From Abditibacterium sp. (GTDB lineage: Bacteria; Armatimonadota; Abditibacteriia; Abditibacteriales; Abditibacteriaceae), in NCBI GenBank assembly GCA_965199495.1, contig CBDASK010000003.1, positions 160,001 to 224,000 on the forward strand: a stretch of 64,000 bases of DNA. Direction: 5' to 3'. Both the position numbers and the translations under genes were made by a program. A model generated the notes under the pieces. The model searched no databases, was not told where the DNA came from, and saw only the letters and a program-made list of their open reading frames with translations. Shown piece by piece: positions 39,359 to 50,463 of this stretch (its first letter is position 1; every line of letters begins with the position of its first letter).

Positions 39359-40486
39359 TCAACCGATCTCAATCGCGCGTTTTTCCTCGTGCGAACGCAA
39401 CGCCGCCGCCCAAACCCGATGCGTCGCGACGGCTTCGTCGGGCGTGGCCATGCCGAATCTATCGCCCAAAAGCCCGGCGCGCTCGGCGCAAAACGCGGCC
39501 AACATTTGCAACATCAAATCGGGGAAACCGAACTCGAAAATGCCGCCCGTCACCGTCTCGAACGCGCTCGAATAACCCAGATCAATCGCGTTCCAACTCT
39601 GCTCTGCGCCGTGTTTAAACACATAAAGCGTCTTGGGATTTTTCGTCGAAAACTTCGCGCCGCCGCGCGTGCCAACAATTTCGAGCGACCACGTATTCGT
39701 TTCGGTCGGCGCCATACGCTTGGTTTCCCAGCGCATCGGCACGATTTCGTCCGCGATTTCGACATCGCAATGCAACAGCGCGTTATCCCACGTATCGCAC
39801 GCCGCCACGCCGCCTTTGCCGTCGGGACGCTGGCTAAATCCACGTTGCAATTGCGCATAAACGCACGTTGGTTTCCAGCCCAAGCGTAGCGGAAGGTGCG
39901 CGACGTGTAAGCCCAAATCGTTCATCACGCCGTTTTCGCCGCAGAATTGGCTCTGGCGTTTCCAGTTGGCCGCTTTGTTCGGGTCGAGATCGGAGCAGTG
40001 CAAAAAACTGGCGCGCACTTCCAAAACGCGGCCCAAATTATCCAAATCACGCGCCATTTGCCAAACGCGTTGGGCGCCCGGCCAAAACGGCATTTCGCTC
40101 GAACAGCGCACGAAACGCCCCAAATTTTCGGCTTCGTCGCGCACGACGAGGGCAGCCTCTAAATCAATGCCGAACGGTTTTTCGGCCAGCAAATCTTTCC
40201 CGGCGCGCAACGTTTGCAGATAAAACTCCTGATGCAAATTGTGCGGCAGCGCCACATAAACCGCGTCAATTGCGGGATTCGCCAACAATTCGTCGGCGCT
40301 CGCGGTGATTTGCGTCACGGTCGGCACGCGCCCGAACCAGTCGCGTGCGGCGGGGTTCAAATCGCACACGCCAATTAATTTGGCGGGCGGCATTTCGTCC
40401 GCAAGCGCGAACCAACGGCCCAACGCCGACGCGAATTCGCGTCCCATCAAGCCGCCGCCGATGATGCCCCAGTTGGTCGTTTTCAT
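39359..40486 (-). CDS. Gfo/Idh/MocA oxidoreductase
   Basis: WGIIGGGLMGRE, AEKPFG. Confidence 0.92.
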   Translation of the reverse strand: MKTTNWGIIGGGLMGREFASALGRWFALADEMPPAKLIGVCDLNPAARDWFGRVPTVTQITASADELLANPAIDAVYVALPHNLHQEFYLQTLRAGKDLLAEKPFGIDLEAALVVRDEAENLGRFVRCSSEMPFWPGAQRVWQMARDLDNLGRVLEVRASFLHCSDLDPNKAANWKRQSQFCGENGVMNDLGLHVAHLPLRLGWKPTCVYAQLQRGFSQRPDGKGGVAACDTWDNALLHCDVEIADEIVPMRWETKRMAPTETNTWSLEIVGTRGGAKFSTKNPKTLYVFKHGAEQSWNAIDLGYSSAFETVTGGIFEFGFPDLMLQMLAAFCAERAGLLGDRFGMATPDEAVATHRVWAAALRSHEEKRAIEIG

Positions 40487-40510
40487 AATTTCGGTTTTTA
40501 GTCATTCCCG

Positions 40511-40639
40511 CCGGCGAATAAATTCGCGGCAACGTAGAGCCAAGTCCGCCTACGCGGACTGCGAGCGAACTCTTTGATGTTTCAATTCCAGTCCGCGTAG
40601 GCGGACTTGGCTCTACGTTGCCGCGAATTTATTCGCCGG
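40511..40639. repeat. Palindrome family G
   Basis: Perfect arms of about 51 bp, CCGGCGAATAAATTCGCGGCAAC.. Confidence 0.9.
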
Positions 40640-40664
40640 GTATAAGCATTGAGCAAATGATTTT

Positions 40665-41672
40665 TTATGGTTTCTCCGTCACGAAATCGAATTCGATGGC
40701 GAATTCGCGCGTTTCGCCCGCCTGTAAAATTGGCATTTCGCCGCGCTCCAACAACTGCGCGCGCGAGGCGAGCGGCGCGTTTGATGGTTCCAATCCCATC
40801 ACGTAGGCGCCCGCGCCGAGCATTTTCCACTGCGTCAAAAACGGCAGTTGCGCGCGGTCGAATTTCAATTGCACGCCCAATTTGCGCGCTTCGTTCCAAA
40901 TCGCGGCGACGGCGTGGCTGCTTGCGTCGCCGCGCAGTTGATGAAAGAAAACTTGTTCTTTATATCCCACTTGCGGCGACTCGACATTCGCCCAATTCGC
41001 CAATCCGCGCGCCGCATCTTCGTCGCGCGCTTGCACATCAAATTCAACGATGATTTGCGCGCCTTCTTCCAAAAGCGGATAGCCAAAATTGCAATGATAC
41101 AGCACGCAAAACGGCGCCGCCTCGAAGCCCGCATTGCGAATTTCATCGCGCAAAATTAACCGATTTTCGCCCAACTTCATCGAAAGCGTGCGACGCAATT
41201 CCAGATTGGCGCCGAACAATCGCGTTTGGCGCACGATGCCGCTCAAGCGAAATTCACAATCATCGTCATCACGCCAGATCGTTTGCGGCACGACTTCGCG
41301 CGCGGGCGTATAGGCGATGCGGTCGTGAATGCCCCACTTTTCGCCGTCAATTTCGCACGGCGGGCCAAACGACTCTAATCCGCAAGTCGTCACCAAACCG
41401 CAGGGCGCACCGCGCAGCCAATCGAAATTATCGGCGCCATAAAACGCCGGATGAGCGGCGCCATTGGGATGGCGCCACGTCAAATTGACGCCGTTGAGTT
41501 CCGCAAAAACTATGTCCATTGCGCGCGATGGACAAATGCCAATACGCAAGCCCGCGCCCGAACGCATTTCGATCATTTCGACGCCATTTTCGTGTCCATC
41601 GCGCAAAGTCGCGCGCGTGAAACCGGCGATTTGCGAGAGGTCGGCGTAGGATTCCAATTGTCTTCGATTCAT
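40665..41672 (-). CDS. Aldose 1-epimerase-like protein (DUF4432)
   Basis: SRAMDI, TTCGL, HDRI, LYHCNFGYPLL, GAYVMGLEP. Confidence 0.88.
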   Translation of the reverse strand: MNRRQLESYADLSQIAGFTRATLRDGHENGVEMIEMRSGAGLRIGICPSRAMDIVFAELNGVNLTWRHPNGAAHPAFYGADNFDWLRGAPCGLVTTCGLESFGPPCEIDGEKWGIHDRIAYTPAREVVPQTIWRDDDDCEFRLSGIVRQTRLFGANLELRRTLSMKLGENRLILRDEIRNAGFEAAPFCVLYHCNFGYPLLEEGAQIIVEFDVQARDEDAARGLANWANVESPQVGYKEQVFFHQLRGDASSHAVAAIWNEARKLGVQLKFDRAQLPFLTQWKMLGAGAYVMGLEPSNAPLASRAQLLERGEMPILQAGETREFAIEFDFVTEKP

Positions 41673-41679
41673 AATTTTT

Positions 41680-41822
41680 AGCCACCAAGTTCACTGAGAA
41701 CACACAAAGAACACAAAGAGATGTGAAACAATTAAAAGTTAGTTTCTTGAAATGTGCTTCGTATTTTAAATTCTTCGTGCTTCTTTGTGCCCCTTTGTGT
41801 GTTCTTGGTGAACTTGGTGGCT
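41680..41822. repeat. Palindrome family H
   Basis: AGCCACCAAGTTCAC..GTGAACTTGGTGGCT. Confidence 0.85.
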
Positions 41823-41829
41823 GTCACCG

Positions 41830-42765
41830 TCATTTATCGTCACACGTATTTGTCATTGCCAATGTCGAATCCCAATCGCCCAATCCGGCGACGGTTCCGA
41901 CGGCGCTCACGCAACGCGCGCCGGTCGCGTTGCCCATTTTCAAACGGGTTTCCATCGGCAAAGCGCGCAAAGTCGCCGCCAGAAATCCCGCCGCGAATGC
42001 GTCGCCCGCACCCGTCGCGTCAACGACAGCCACGGCGAAGGCGTCGGCGCGCGCACTTTGGCCCTGAGCGTTCAAAGCATAACTTCCGGCCTCGCCCATT
42101 TTGATGGCGACGCAACCGACGCCTTCATCAATCAGGCGCGCGGCGACGGGCGCGCGGCAATCGGGGAATAAATCGCGGACTTCGTGCAGGCTGGGCACAA
42201 AATAATCGAGATGCGGCAAACACAACCGCAGATTTTGGCGCCAAAGGTCACCGGGCGCGCCCGCCGTATCGAGCGATGTTTGGATGCCCATCCGTTGCGC
42301 GTGGCTCAACAATTCGGCGCAGGGCGCGCCATCGAAAGCGGGCATCAAACCGTGTCCGGCGATATGTAATAATTGCGCGCCGTTCAAGGTTTCGCGGCGG
42401 AAGTCGGCGCTTCCAAACGCGGCGTTGGCGCCGACGCAATGCAAAAACGCGCGTTCGCCATCGGGCGAAACCAAAACCATCGTCGCGCTGGTCGGCGCGT
42501 CTTTTTCGACGACGCCGCGCGCATTAATGCCCTCGGCGCGCAAAACGTCGCGCACGAATTGGCCGAAACCATCGCGCCCGACGGCGCCGACGATGGCGGT
42601 TTCGACGCCCAATCGGTGCAAGCCGATACCCGTATTGGCCGCGCAACCGCCGATATGCGGCGTGATGGACTCGACGAGCGCCAAAGCGCCGGGCGCGGGC
42701 ACGGCTTCGATGGGACGGCCAATGACATCGGCGACTAAAATTCCCAGACAAATAACGGCGGGCAT
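41830..42765 (-). CDS. PfkB-family carbohydrate kinase
   Basis: GGCAAN, DATGAGDAF. Confidence 0.93.
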   Translation of the reverse strand: MPAVICLGILVADVIGRPIEAVPAPGALALVESITPHIGGCAANTGIGLHRLGVETAIVGAVGRDGFGQFVRDVLRAEGINARGVVEKDAPTSATMVLVSPDGERAFLHCVGANAAFGSADFRRETLNGAQLLHIAGHGLMPAFDGAPCAELLSHAQRMGIQTSLDTAGAPGDLWRQNLRLCLPHLDYFVPSLHEVRDLFPDCRAPVAARLIDEGVGCVAIKMGEAGSYALNAQGQSARADAFAVAVVDATGAGDAFAAGFLAATLRALPMETRLKMGNATGARCVSAVGTVAGLGDWDSTLAMTNTCDDK

Positions 42766-42856
42766 CCTCGCAGTTTAAAGCACGCGATAGTCTCAGAACG
42801 CGGGCACGCGTCCGCCCGCGTCGCGGATTTGCGCAAATCCACGACGGCGTTTTGAA

Positions 42857-43011
42857 TAGACCTCTTGCACAAGCCAACTTTCAAGCTGGCGCTCCGCGTC
42901 AAGCGGGGCTGACGCCCTCTTCCAATCGGTGGAGTTTCTCGCACATTCGCCGATTGGAAGAGGGCGTCAGCCCCGCTGTTCAAGCTGCAAGCGACTTATG
43001 CAAGAGGTCTA
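42857..43011. repeat. Palindrome family I inside TAGACCTCTTGCA..TGCAAGAGGTCTA arms
   Basis: Core GCGGGGCTGACGCCCTCTTCCAATC; relative at 44981-45052. Confidence 0.88.
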
Positions 43012-43097
43012 ATATAATGCTTGGATAAATCTTTGCCGCCGTTGCGATTCCGCTTTGGTGCTATAAACTCTGCTATGATAACGACATCGGTGACGAC

Positions 43098-44189
43098 ATG
43101 AAAAATCAAGAAAAGGCCAAACATCGGGTGGTGCGACAGGCTTTAACCGAGTCCATTCGTCGCGGCGAATATAAGCCGGGCGAACGCATTCCCGCCGAGC
43201 GCGACTTGGCCGAAATTTACGGCGTTTCGTATATGACTGCGCGCCGCGCCGTCACCGAAATGGTCGAGGTGGATTTGCTGCGTCGCCGTCCGCGCGAGGG
43301 CACGTTTGTGCCGCCGCGCAGCGTCAAGCGGCTCGCTGCCAAAACGGTTCATCTGGTTTGTCCTGGCTTTGGTTCGCCCATGATGAGAACCTTTTTGCAG
43401 GCGGGCGACCAACAAGCCGAGGCACGTGGCTGGCGCACCGAAGTGATTCAACTGCACCATTCGCAGGTGCGCCCGGTGGCGCGCGCGCTGGAGGGCGGCG
43501 ACATGATGGTGATGTTGCCTTCTGGCCCCGACCTCGAAACGACGATGGTCGAGACGCTGCAAAAAGCCGAGGGCCGCGCCGTTTTGCTGGGCAACCGATT
43601 CGATCATCTGGGCATTCCCTCGGTCATGGCCGACGATGCCGAGGGCATTCGATTGGCGATGGAGCATTTGCAGGGGTTTGGTCACCGCGAAATCGCGATC
43701 ATGACAGCCACGCCCGACCACAACGTGGATCGCGTGCAAATCGCGGCGTGGCGCGCGGCCTCGCCCGCCGATTGGGACGAGGAACACTTCGCCAAGCGCA
43801 CGATTAGGGTGGAGACGCCGCGCCACGAAAGCCACGATGATACCGTTTATCAGGCGCTCGGCGAATATCTCGCGGCGGATAACGGGGAAACCACGGCGAT
43901 ACTCTGTCTGCTGGAACGCATGGCGCTGCCCGCCCTCGCCGCCTGTCGCGACGCCGGGCGCGCGGTGCCAGACAAAATGTCGCTGATCGCATCGGGCAAC
44001 AATCCCACGCTCGCCTACGCGCATCCGCCCGTGACCTGCATTGACGTTCACGTCGAAGAACACATGGAAAAGGCGCTTCAGTTTTTCGATAAATTTTTGG
44101 AAGGCAAACTCGCCGATTCCGATTTACTCCATTTGATTACGCCCCATTTGGAACTGCGTAAAAGCGTGCAAAATCCGCCCGCGATATAG
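43098..44189 (+). CDS. GntR-HTH / LacI-sensor transcriptional regulator (AraR-like)
   Basis: PGERIPAERDLAEIYGVSYMTARRA; periplasmic-binding-fold C-terminus. Confidence 0.9.
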   Translation: MKNQEKAKHRVVRQALTESIRRGEYKPGERIPAERDLAEIYGVSYMTARRAVTEMVEVDLLRRRPREGTFVPPRSVKRLAAKTVHLVCPGFGSPMMRTFLQAGDQQAEARGWRTEVIQLHHSQVRPVARALEGGDMMVMLPSGPDLETTMVETLQKAEGRAVLLGNRFDHLGIPSVMADDAEGIRLAMEHLQGFGHREIAIMTATPDHNVDRVQIAAWRAASPADWDEEHFAKRTIRVETPRHESHDDTVYQALGEYLAADNGETTAILCLLERMALPALAACRDAGRAVPDKMSLIASGNNPTLAYAHPPVTCIDVHVEEHMEKALQFFDKFLEGKLADSDLLHLITPHLELRKSVQNPPAI

Positions 44190-44197
44190 AAGATTTC

Positions 44198-44962
44198 TCA
44201 ACCTTCGCGCACGCGTTGGCCATCCACAATAAACAGTTCGGCCAAATTCCACAATCCGCTTCCGTCGGCTTTCGTAATCGGTTCGCTCGAATATTGCGGC
44301 AGATAAACGCGGCGCATTTTGTCGGTTGTGTTGGGGCCGCTGCGATGAAAAACCGTCGAAGCAAAACAGGCGATTGAACCCGCCGGACAGATAATCGGAT
44401 CGCCCAAATCGTCGCCGAAATAACCGACTTTATCGTTGGTTTCCGCGTCCCAGCGGTGCTGCACCATCGTTTTGGTTCCGGCGCGCTCGTAGGACAACAG
44501 GTAAACAGTGCCGTTTTCTTCGTTCACGTCGTCGAGCGTGACCCAGCACGTCAAATACGGTTTATGCGCGTGGCCGACATAACCCGAATCTTGGTGCCAC
44601 GAGAATTTGCCGCCCTTTTCGGCGGCTTTGACGACGTATTGTTCGTGGAACAGATAAACGTTGTCGCCCAACGTGGCGAGGGTGATCTGCGCCATCAAAT
44701 CGGAAAAGATAAACGCGCCGATGGCGGTATCATCTGGCTTGTAGCCGCCGACGAAATAGCGACTGCCCTTCTGATTAATGCCCAGCTTCTCGACGCCGCG
44801 CGCTTCCATTTCGGCATCAATGCGCGCGATATTTTCGTCAACTTTGCCGCGCAACAGTTGCAAATGCGTGGGCGAAACGACGCTTTCAAGAACGAAAAAA
44901 CCGTCGTTTTCAAACGCGGTTTTGTGAGTTTCGGTCACAACGGAAGTTTGAGTTGGGGACAT
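44198..44962 (-). CDS. Phytanoyl-CoA dioxygenase family protein
   Basis: FENDGFFVL, WHQDSGY, WVTLDD, FHRSGPN. Confidence 0.9.
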   Translation of the reverse strand: MSPTQTSVVTETHKTAFENDGFFVLESVVSPTHLQLLRGKVDENIARIDAEMEARGVEKLGINQKGSRYFVGGYKPDDTAIGAFIFSDLMAQITLATLGDNVYLFHEQYVVKAAEKGGKFSWHQDSGYVGHAHKPYLTCWVTLDDVNEENGTVYLLSYERAGTKTMVQHRWDAETNDKVGYFGDDLGDPIICPAGSIACFASTVFHRSGPNTTDKMRRVYLPQYSSEPITKADGSGLWNLAELFIVDGQRVREG

Positions 44963-44980
44963 GATGATTACGACGCTTGC

Positions 44981-45052
44981 AGCGGGGCTTGCGCCCTCTT
45001 CCAATCGGGGACGCAAGCGAAATTATGATTGGAAGAGGGCGCAAGCCCCGCT
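44981..45052. repeat. Palindrome family I
   Basis: AGCGGGGCTTGCGCCCTCTTCCAATC and its reverse complement. Confidence 0.85.
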
Positions 45053-45092
45053 CGAAGCGAAGCGCACCCCAAACAAATGAAACGGCGTGGCC

Positions 45093-47027
45093 TCAATAAC
45101 TCAGTCCAAATCCGACATCATACAGCGCATTGGGCTTGTTATTCGACAGATTAATCGGCAACTGATCCATCGAGCGCGGCCACACAACTGGCATTTTGCC
45201 GGTCGGACTATAATCGCCAAACAACACATCGGCCACGCCCTGCCCTTCGCTGCCGGGCAGCCACGCCGCCACCAGAGCATCAGCGTTGTTCACCGCGTCG
45301 CCTAAAATCTGCGGGCGGCCCGATACAATGACGACAACTGTCGGCTTGCCAGTCTGGCGCGCGCGCGCAATTGTCGTGGCGTCTTCGGCGGGCAAAGTCA
45401 GGTCGCGCGCGTCACCCTTGTATTCGGCGTAAGGAGTCTCGCCGACGATGACCAAATTGGCGTCGGCGTCGGGCAAACCTTGGCCGTCGCGCGAATAAGA
45501 AACTTGCGTTTGCGGCGACACGGTTTTCTTGATCGCGCTCAAAATCGAGGTCGCGCCCGGCACGACGTTGCCGGTTTGGCCCTGCCACACGACCGACCAG
45601 CCGCCGCATTGGCGCCCGGTATCGTCGGCGCCCGAACCGCTCACCGCCAGACTGCCGATGTTTTTGGAAAGCGGCAAAGTCTGGTTCTCGTTCTTCAACA
45701 AAACCAGCGATTGGCGCACCGCCTGACGCGCCAAGTCGCGATGAGCGGCGCCGCCAAAAGTGCCCGCCAAATAACTCGGCGGCGCGACGTTGGGACTATC
45801 GCGGAGCAAACCCATCGCGCTTTTGACGCGCAAAATGCGCAGCACCGCCTCGTCCATACGCGCTTGAGGAATGCGGCCTTCTTTGACGAGCGCGATCAAA
45901 TTGTTATAGGCGATCTGATATCTATCAGTCACCATAATCATGTCTAAGCCCGCGTTGACCGCGTTGGAAATATTGGTTTTGTAATCCGGGCCGAGCTGAT
46001 CTAAGGCGTCGTAATCCGACAAAACGATGCCCTCGAAACCCAATTCGCCTCGCAAAACGTCGGTCAAGAGCGTGCGGTTCTGCGACATCTTCAGGCCATT
46101 GAGCGAGCTATAAGAAACCATCACCGAGCCGACGCCCGACGCAATCGCGCTGCGAAATGGCGGCAGATGCACGTCGCGCAGGTTGTCCAGACTCAAGCGC
46201 GTATCGCCCTGATCCAGACCGAAGCCGTTGATGGGCGAAGTCCCGTAAATCGTGCCGCCGTCGCCGACGAAATGCTTGGCGCACGCCAGCATCGAAGCGG
46301 GCGCGCTCAGATTCTGGCCCTGCAAACCTTGGACAGTCGCATCACCCAACTGGCTGACGACGTTTGGGTCTTGCGAGAATCCTTCGTAAGTGCGGCCCCA
46401 GCGCACATCCTGAGGAATCGTGACGCACGGCGAGAAGTCCCAGTTAGCGCCAATCGCCTTGGTTTCTTCCGCCGTGGCTGTCGCGATGCGCTGCACCAAA
46501 CCGGCGTCGCGCGTGGCGCCCAAGCCGATGTTATGCGGAAAGAGCGTCGCGCCCGGCACGTTGTTGTTGCCGTGAACCGCGTCAATGCCATACAGAAGCG
46601 GAATCTTCAAACGGCTCTGCGCCGCCTGCGCCTGATAGCCCGCGATCATATTCGTCCAGCCGCGCTGATCGTTCGAGCCGCCGCGCGGGCCCGAACCGGC
46701 GCCGCTCAAAAGCGCGCCCAGATGATAATTCGCGATGTCGGCGGGACTTTTGAGAAAGCCCTGCTCGGCCATAATCATCTGGCCCGCTTTCTCTTCGAGC
46801 GTCATCTTCGCCAGTACCGCGCGTGCGTTGGCGTCTTCGCGCACGAACGCGATTTGGCCGGGATTCGATGGCGTCGGGGTTGTCGGAGTTGTTGGATTAG
46901 TTGGCGTTGTCGGGCCAGCCGAACCTTTGGAGCCGCCGCCCCCGCCGCAACCGGCCAGAGCAGCAACGCCCAGCAGAGCGACCAAAGGAGAAAAACGAGC
47001 GGGGGCGCGGCGTTGATGGGGATTCAT
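45093..47027 (-). CDS. GH3 beta-glucosidase, lipoprotein
   Basis: LAGC lipobox, MTLEEKAGQM, DAVHG, WGRTYE, CAKHFVGDG, GFEGIVLSDY. Confidence 0.95.
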   Translation of the reverse strand: MNPHQRRAPARFSPLVALLGVAALAGCGGGGGSKGSAGPTTPTNPTTPTTPTPSNPGQIAFVREDANARAVLAKMTLEEKAGQMIMAEQGFLKSPADIANYHLGALLSGAGSGPRGGSNDQRGWTNMIAGYQAQAAQSRLKIPLLYGIDAVHGNNNVPGATLFPHNIGLGATRDAGLVQRIATATAEETKAIGANWDFSPCVTIPQDVRWGRTYEGFSQDPNVVSQLGDATVQGLQGQNLSAPASMLACAKHFVGDGGTIYGTSPINGFGLDQGDTRLSLDNLRDVHLPPFRSAIASGVGSVMVSYSSLNGLKMSQNRTLLTDVLRGELGFEGIVLSDYDALDQLGPDYKTNISNAVNAGLDMIMVTDRYQIAYNNLIALVKEGRIPQARMDEAVLRILRVKSAMGLLRDSPNVAPPSYLAGTFGGAAHRDLARQAVRQSLVLLKNENQTLPLSKNIGSLAVSGSGADDTGRQCGGWSVVWQGQTGNVVPGATSILSAIKKTVSPQTQVSYSRDGQGLPDADANLVIVGETPYAEYKGDARDLTLPAEDATTIARARQTGKPTVVVIVSGRPQILGDAVNNADALVAAWLPGSEGQGVADVLFGDYSPTGKMPVVWPRSMDQLPINLSNNKPNALYDVGFGLSY

Positions 47028-47067
47028 TTGTGGAGCGAGAGTTTAGCGGAGAACCAAACCAAAAGTT

Positions 47068-47877
47068 TCAATTGTCCAACGCGGCGCGCAGTTTCTCGCG
47101 CCCGGTTTTCGCCGTCTGCAAAGCGTCGCCTTCCCAGTATTTCGGATTGAACAGTTCCAGCGACAAATAGCCGTCGAAACCAATTTCGCGCAAAACGCCG
47201 AGGACTTCACCCAAAGCAGCCACGCCGTCGCCGGGCCACACGCGGTCGGCGTCGCCAATGGCGGCGGGCGCAACATTGGGATAATCGTTGACGTGAAAAA
47301 TCGGCAGCACAGCCGCATTGAGCGTTTTCAAACCCGCGAGCGGCGAACCGCCTTTATAAAGATGGTAAACGTCGGCCAACACGCTCGCATTGTCGGCGCC
47401 GCTTTCGACGGCGACAAAAGCCGCTTCGCCCAATTTCGACAAGGTCTGCGAAAATCCCCACACTTCGACGAGCGGTCGCACACCGACTTCGCGCCCGATG
47501 GCGCACAGCGCGCTGTAACGCTCGGCAATCAAATTTAAATCGGTCATTTTCGCATCAACCGCGCCCATTGGCGGCGCGGCCATCAGCGTGCCGCCAACAC
47601 GCGCCACCAATTCCATATCGCGCCGCGCTTGTTCCAAACTTTCGGGCGTGCCGGTAATCCACGGCGCGAAACCGATGGCGCCCTGCACACTCAACCCGGC
47701 ATCACGGATTTGCGCCCCCAAATCTTCGAGCGAACCGCCCAACTTTTCGTGCGCGTCCAATTCGTCAATCCACGGCTCGATGGCATCGAACCCGGCGTCG
47801 CGCGCGATCTGAACGAGTTGGGCCAGCGGCAATTTATAGCCGCGCAAAGTCGAGGTATTAAGGCAAGTTTTAAACAT
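47068..47877 (-). CDS. Sugar phosphate isomerase/epimerase (xylose isomerase-like TIM barrel)
   Basis: AGFDAIEPW, DVYH, FHVND, LSLELF. Confidence 0.9.
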   Translation of the reverse strand: MFKTCLNTSTLRGYKLPLAQLVQIARDAGFDAIEPWIDELDAHEKLGGSLEDLGAQIRDAGLSVQGAIGFAPWITGTPESLEQARRDMELVARVGGTLMAAPPMGAVDAKMTDLNLIAERYSALCAIGREVGVRPLVEVWGFSQTLSKLGEAAFVAVESGADNASVLADVYHLYKGGSPLAGLKTLNAAVLPIFHVNDYPNVAPAAIGDADRVWPGDGVAALGEVLGVLREIGFDGYLSLELFNPKYWEGDALQTAKTGREKLRAALDN

Positions 47878-48025
47878 AAAATCGTAGTTTAGTTAAACGA
47901 ATTTCATTGGTTTCGTTGAGGGCGATAATTAATTGTAACAGTTATTTTTGTATGGACGCTGCAAAACTTGACAGTTATACTGCGTGAGCGTCGGCACGAT
48001 TTTTTGCCGAATTAAACATATTCTC

Positions 48026-48772
48026 ATGTTGACTAAGAAAATTTGGCTTTTAGCCGTTTCTGTGGCGGTTATCGCCATCCAAGGTTGTGGCGGCGGCGGT
48101 GGCTTGTTATCACCCGGCAGAACCCCAACACCCGCCAACACTCCGGTTCCCGGCGCGACGCCGATTCCCGGCGTTACAGCCACGCCCGTTGCAACGGCTG
48201 TTCCGGGAAATACTCCCATGCCGGGAAATACGCCCGTTCCAACAACTGTACCGCCGACGGGTGATAATATCGGTGTCTTCTCGGATGTGGCTCCGACGAA
48301 CGGGCAAAACGATGTGGACAGCGCCTCATTCGTTCCAACAGTGCGCACGGTGAGCGGCGATAACCAACAGATCGATTTGCAACAGCGTTCGGCCAATGTC
48401 AACCGCATTCGGAGTTTTCAGTTTTCTCCCAGAGGTGTGACGGTCAATCCCGACGGCGGTGCTGGTCTGGCGGGCGGCGAGTTCGTCGCGGGTAAATCCT
48501 ACTCGCTCGCGCGCACGGGCAGCAACCGCATGGGCGCGGCTTACATCCAACAGAGCGATGTCAACAACACCGAGAACAACGTGTGGACTCCGACGGCGGG
48601 CACCTTTATCGTGGACTCAGTGACACGCGATTCCAATAACTTCGTCACAAGCGTCAAATTCCGCGTGGTTGACGCGCAATTCGCGCCCCAGCCCACGACG
48701 CTCATCGGCAACAACTCGCAGGGCACTTTCACCTTCAACTTTAGCGGCACCGCCGTTTACGTCAGCCCATGA
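48026..48772 (+). CDS. Lipoprotein with Pro/Thr-rich linker
   Basis: IQGC lipobox; TPVPG-type repeats. Confidence 0.85.
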   Translation: MLTKKIWLLAVSVAVIAIQGCGGGGGLLSPGRTPTPANTPVPGATPIPGVTATPVATAVPGNTPMPGNTPVPTTVPPTGDNIGVFSDVAPTNGQNDVDSASFVPTVRTVSGDNQQIDLQQRSANVNRIRSFQFSPRGVTVNPDGGAGLAGGEFVAGKSYSLARTGSNRMGAAYIQQSDVNNTENNVWTPTAGTFIVDSVTRDSNNFVTSVKFRVVDAQFAPQPTTLIGNNSQGTFTFNFSGTAVYVSP

Positions 48773-48782
48773 AACGGGAATT

Positions 48783-48820
48783 AAAAAAGCGCCCATCTCG
48801 AAAGAAATGGGCGCTTTTTT
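48783..48820. terminator. Bidirectional terminator
   Basis: AAAAAAGCGCCCAT..ATGGGCGCTTTTTT. Confidence 0.88.
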
Positions 48821-48832
48821 GTGTGACCAAAC

Positions 48833-49609
48833 TTATCGTTTGACCGTTTTCTTTACTACCACTTTAGGTGCGGTTTTAGCCTTGACCACGATCTCGTTTT
48901 TGACGTTCTCGAAGTTTTTCAGCGCGAGTTGGTTGGCGCGAACCTTATCGGCGTTGGTCGCAACCGAACCGACCAAACGCAGAGTTTTGCCATCGGGCGC
49001 CGCGATGGCATCAACGCCCATTTTTTTCAAAGCCGCGTCTTTGGCGAAAGCCGCATCGGTCAGGCGCGTCGCCGAAGCCAACTGATTCTTCAACGCGGCG
49101 GGCGTGGCTTTGACCTGATTGACCTTGGACTGGGCCATCGTTTTGGCGGTTTGAGGCGCGTTTTTGACTTGACTGGCCGTGTTTTGCATCTGCGCGGCTT
49201 TGTTTTGCATGGTCGCCGCTTTCGATTGCATTTGCGCGGCGGCGTTTTGTGCGTCGCGCACCGGTTGGGGCTTTTGCGCTTGCTCGGCGGCGGCCTGATT
49301 GAGATTGGCCTGCGCGTTGTTGACCTGCGCTTGCGCCGCGTTGACCTGAGCCTGCGTTTGCGCCACGGGCGCCATCGCTTTGTCTTTGGCGTCGTCGGCT
49401 TTGGCCCTGGCGTCGTCCACGGGCTTAGTCGCCTTGTCGGTGGTTTCGTCCACTTTTTGCGTGGCTTTGTCCACTTTGTCGGTGGCCTTGTCAATTTTCT
49501 TCTTGATCTTATCGAAAACTCCGGCGTGGCTGGTGTTGACCAACACGCACGCGCTGCCCAAAACAATCAGGCTCGGCCATAACACACTTTTCGTTCTTTT
49601 GGTTTTCAT
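48833..49609 (-). CDS. Exported low-complexity protein with C-terminal BON domain
   Basis: Signal peptide, K/D/A and Q/A repeats, LRLVGSVAT..A..LA..VKNEIVV. Confidence 0.8.
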   Translation of the reverse strand: MKTKRTKSVLWPSLIVLGSACVLVNTSHAGVFDKIKKKIDKATDKVDKATQKVDETTDKATKPVDDARAKADDAKDKAMAPVAQTQAQVNAAQAQVNNAQANLNQAAAEQAQKPQPVRDAQNAAAQMQSKAATMQNKAAQMQNTASQVKNAPQTAKTMAQSKVNQVKATPAALKNQLASATRLTDAAFAKDAALKKMGVDAIAAPDGKTLRLVGSVATNADKVRANQLALKNFENVKNEIVVKAKTAPKVVVKKTVKR

Positions 49610-49735
49610 AAGTAATATCCTCCGATTGTCGGCAAGCGCTCTTTCACCGCAAAGCAAAGGCGCATTTTCTTTATAGAGGTTACACTTTTGGCGTAGAAAA
49701 CGCAAGTAATGTCAAGGCGAGGTAATTTTCTTCTT

Positions 49736-50455
49736 ATGAATCGTTCTGCTCTGCTCATTTTATGCGCTTTGTGGGCGTTGCCGACTTTCGCGGCGCCCAC
49801 CAAACAAGCGGGCAAAACTCCGCCCAAATCCGCCACTCCCAAACCTGTCGCAACTGGCGCGTTGATCGAAGGTCAGGGTTTGATGCACATCAAAGGCACG
49901 ATTCTCAGTCGCGGCGCCAACACGCAAGCCAAAGTTTATGAATCTACCAACGGCGAGCGCACTTTTGCTTTATCCAAGGCCACCATCACGCAGAGCAACG
50001 GCATGATGACGGTCGTTGCCCTCACGCAAACCCAGTTGGCCGACGAAGCGCCGATGCGATTGCAGCAGGGATTGACCCTCGCGTTCGCTTCCAAAGGCGG
50101 ATTTCGCGTCGGCCAAACCATTCCGGTTCGCATTCCCGTCGCCGATAAAGCTGGCAACTTTCCAACGGCCACGGCGATTTTGAGCTATACCCAACACGAG
50201 ATCAAGCAAGACCCCAAACAGCGCCAGCGCGCGTCCGAACCAATTCGTCATCTGACGCGATACAGCACCTGGGTCGGGATGCGCGGCACCCTAAAAATCG
50301 AAAGCGTGGCGCCGCGTCAGGTGACTTTCTCGCTGCAAAACGTGGTTTTCGAGCGGGGAACCGATCCCAACAAAGACAACTACGCCAAAGGCAACTTTGT
50401 CTTCAATGGTAAGGGCGAAGCGACAATCACCGAAGTAGACGATGGCTTTCATTAA
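49736..50455 (+). CDS. Exported hypothetical protein
   Basis: Signal peptide; 239 aa. Confidence 0.8.
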   Translation: MNRSALLILCALWALPTFAAPTKQAGKTPPKSATPKPVATGALIEGQGLMHIKGTILSRGANTQAKVYESTNGERTFALSKATITQSNGMMTVVALTQTQLADEAPMRLQQGLTLAFASKGGFRVGQTIPVRIPVADKAGNFPTATAILSYTQHEIKQDPKQRQRASEPIRHLTRYSTWVGMRGTLKIESVAPRQVTFSLQNVVFERGTDPNKDNYAKGNFVFNGKGEATITEVDDGFH

Positions 50456-50463
50456 ATTAGGTC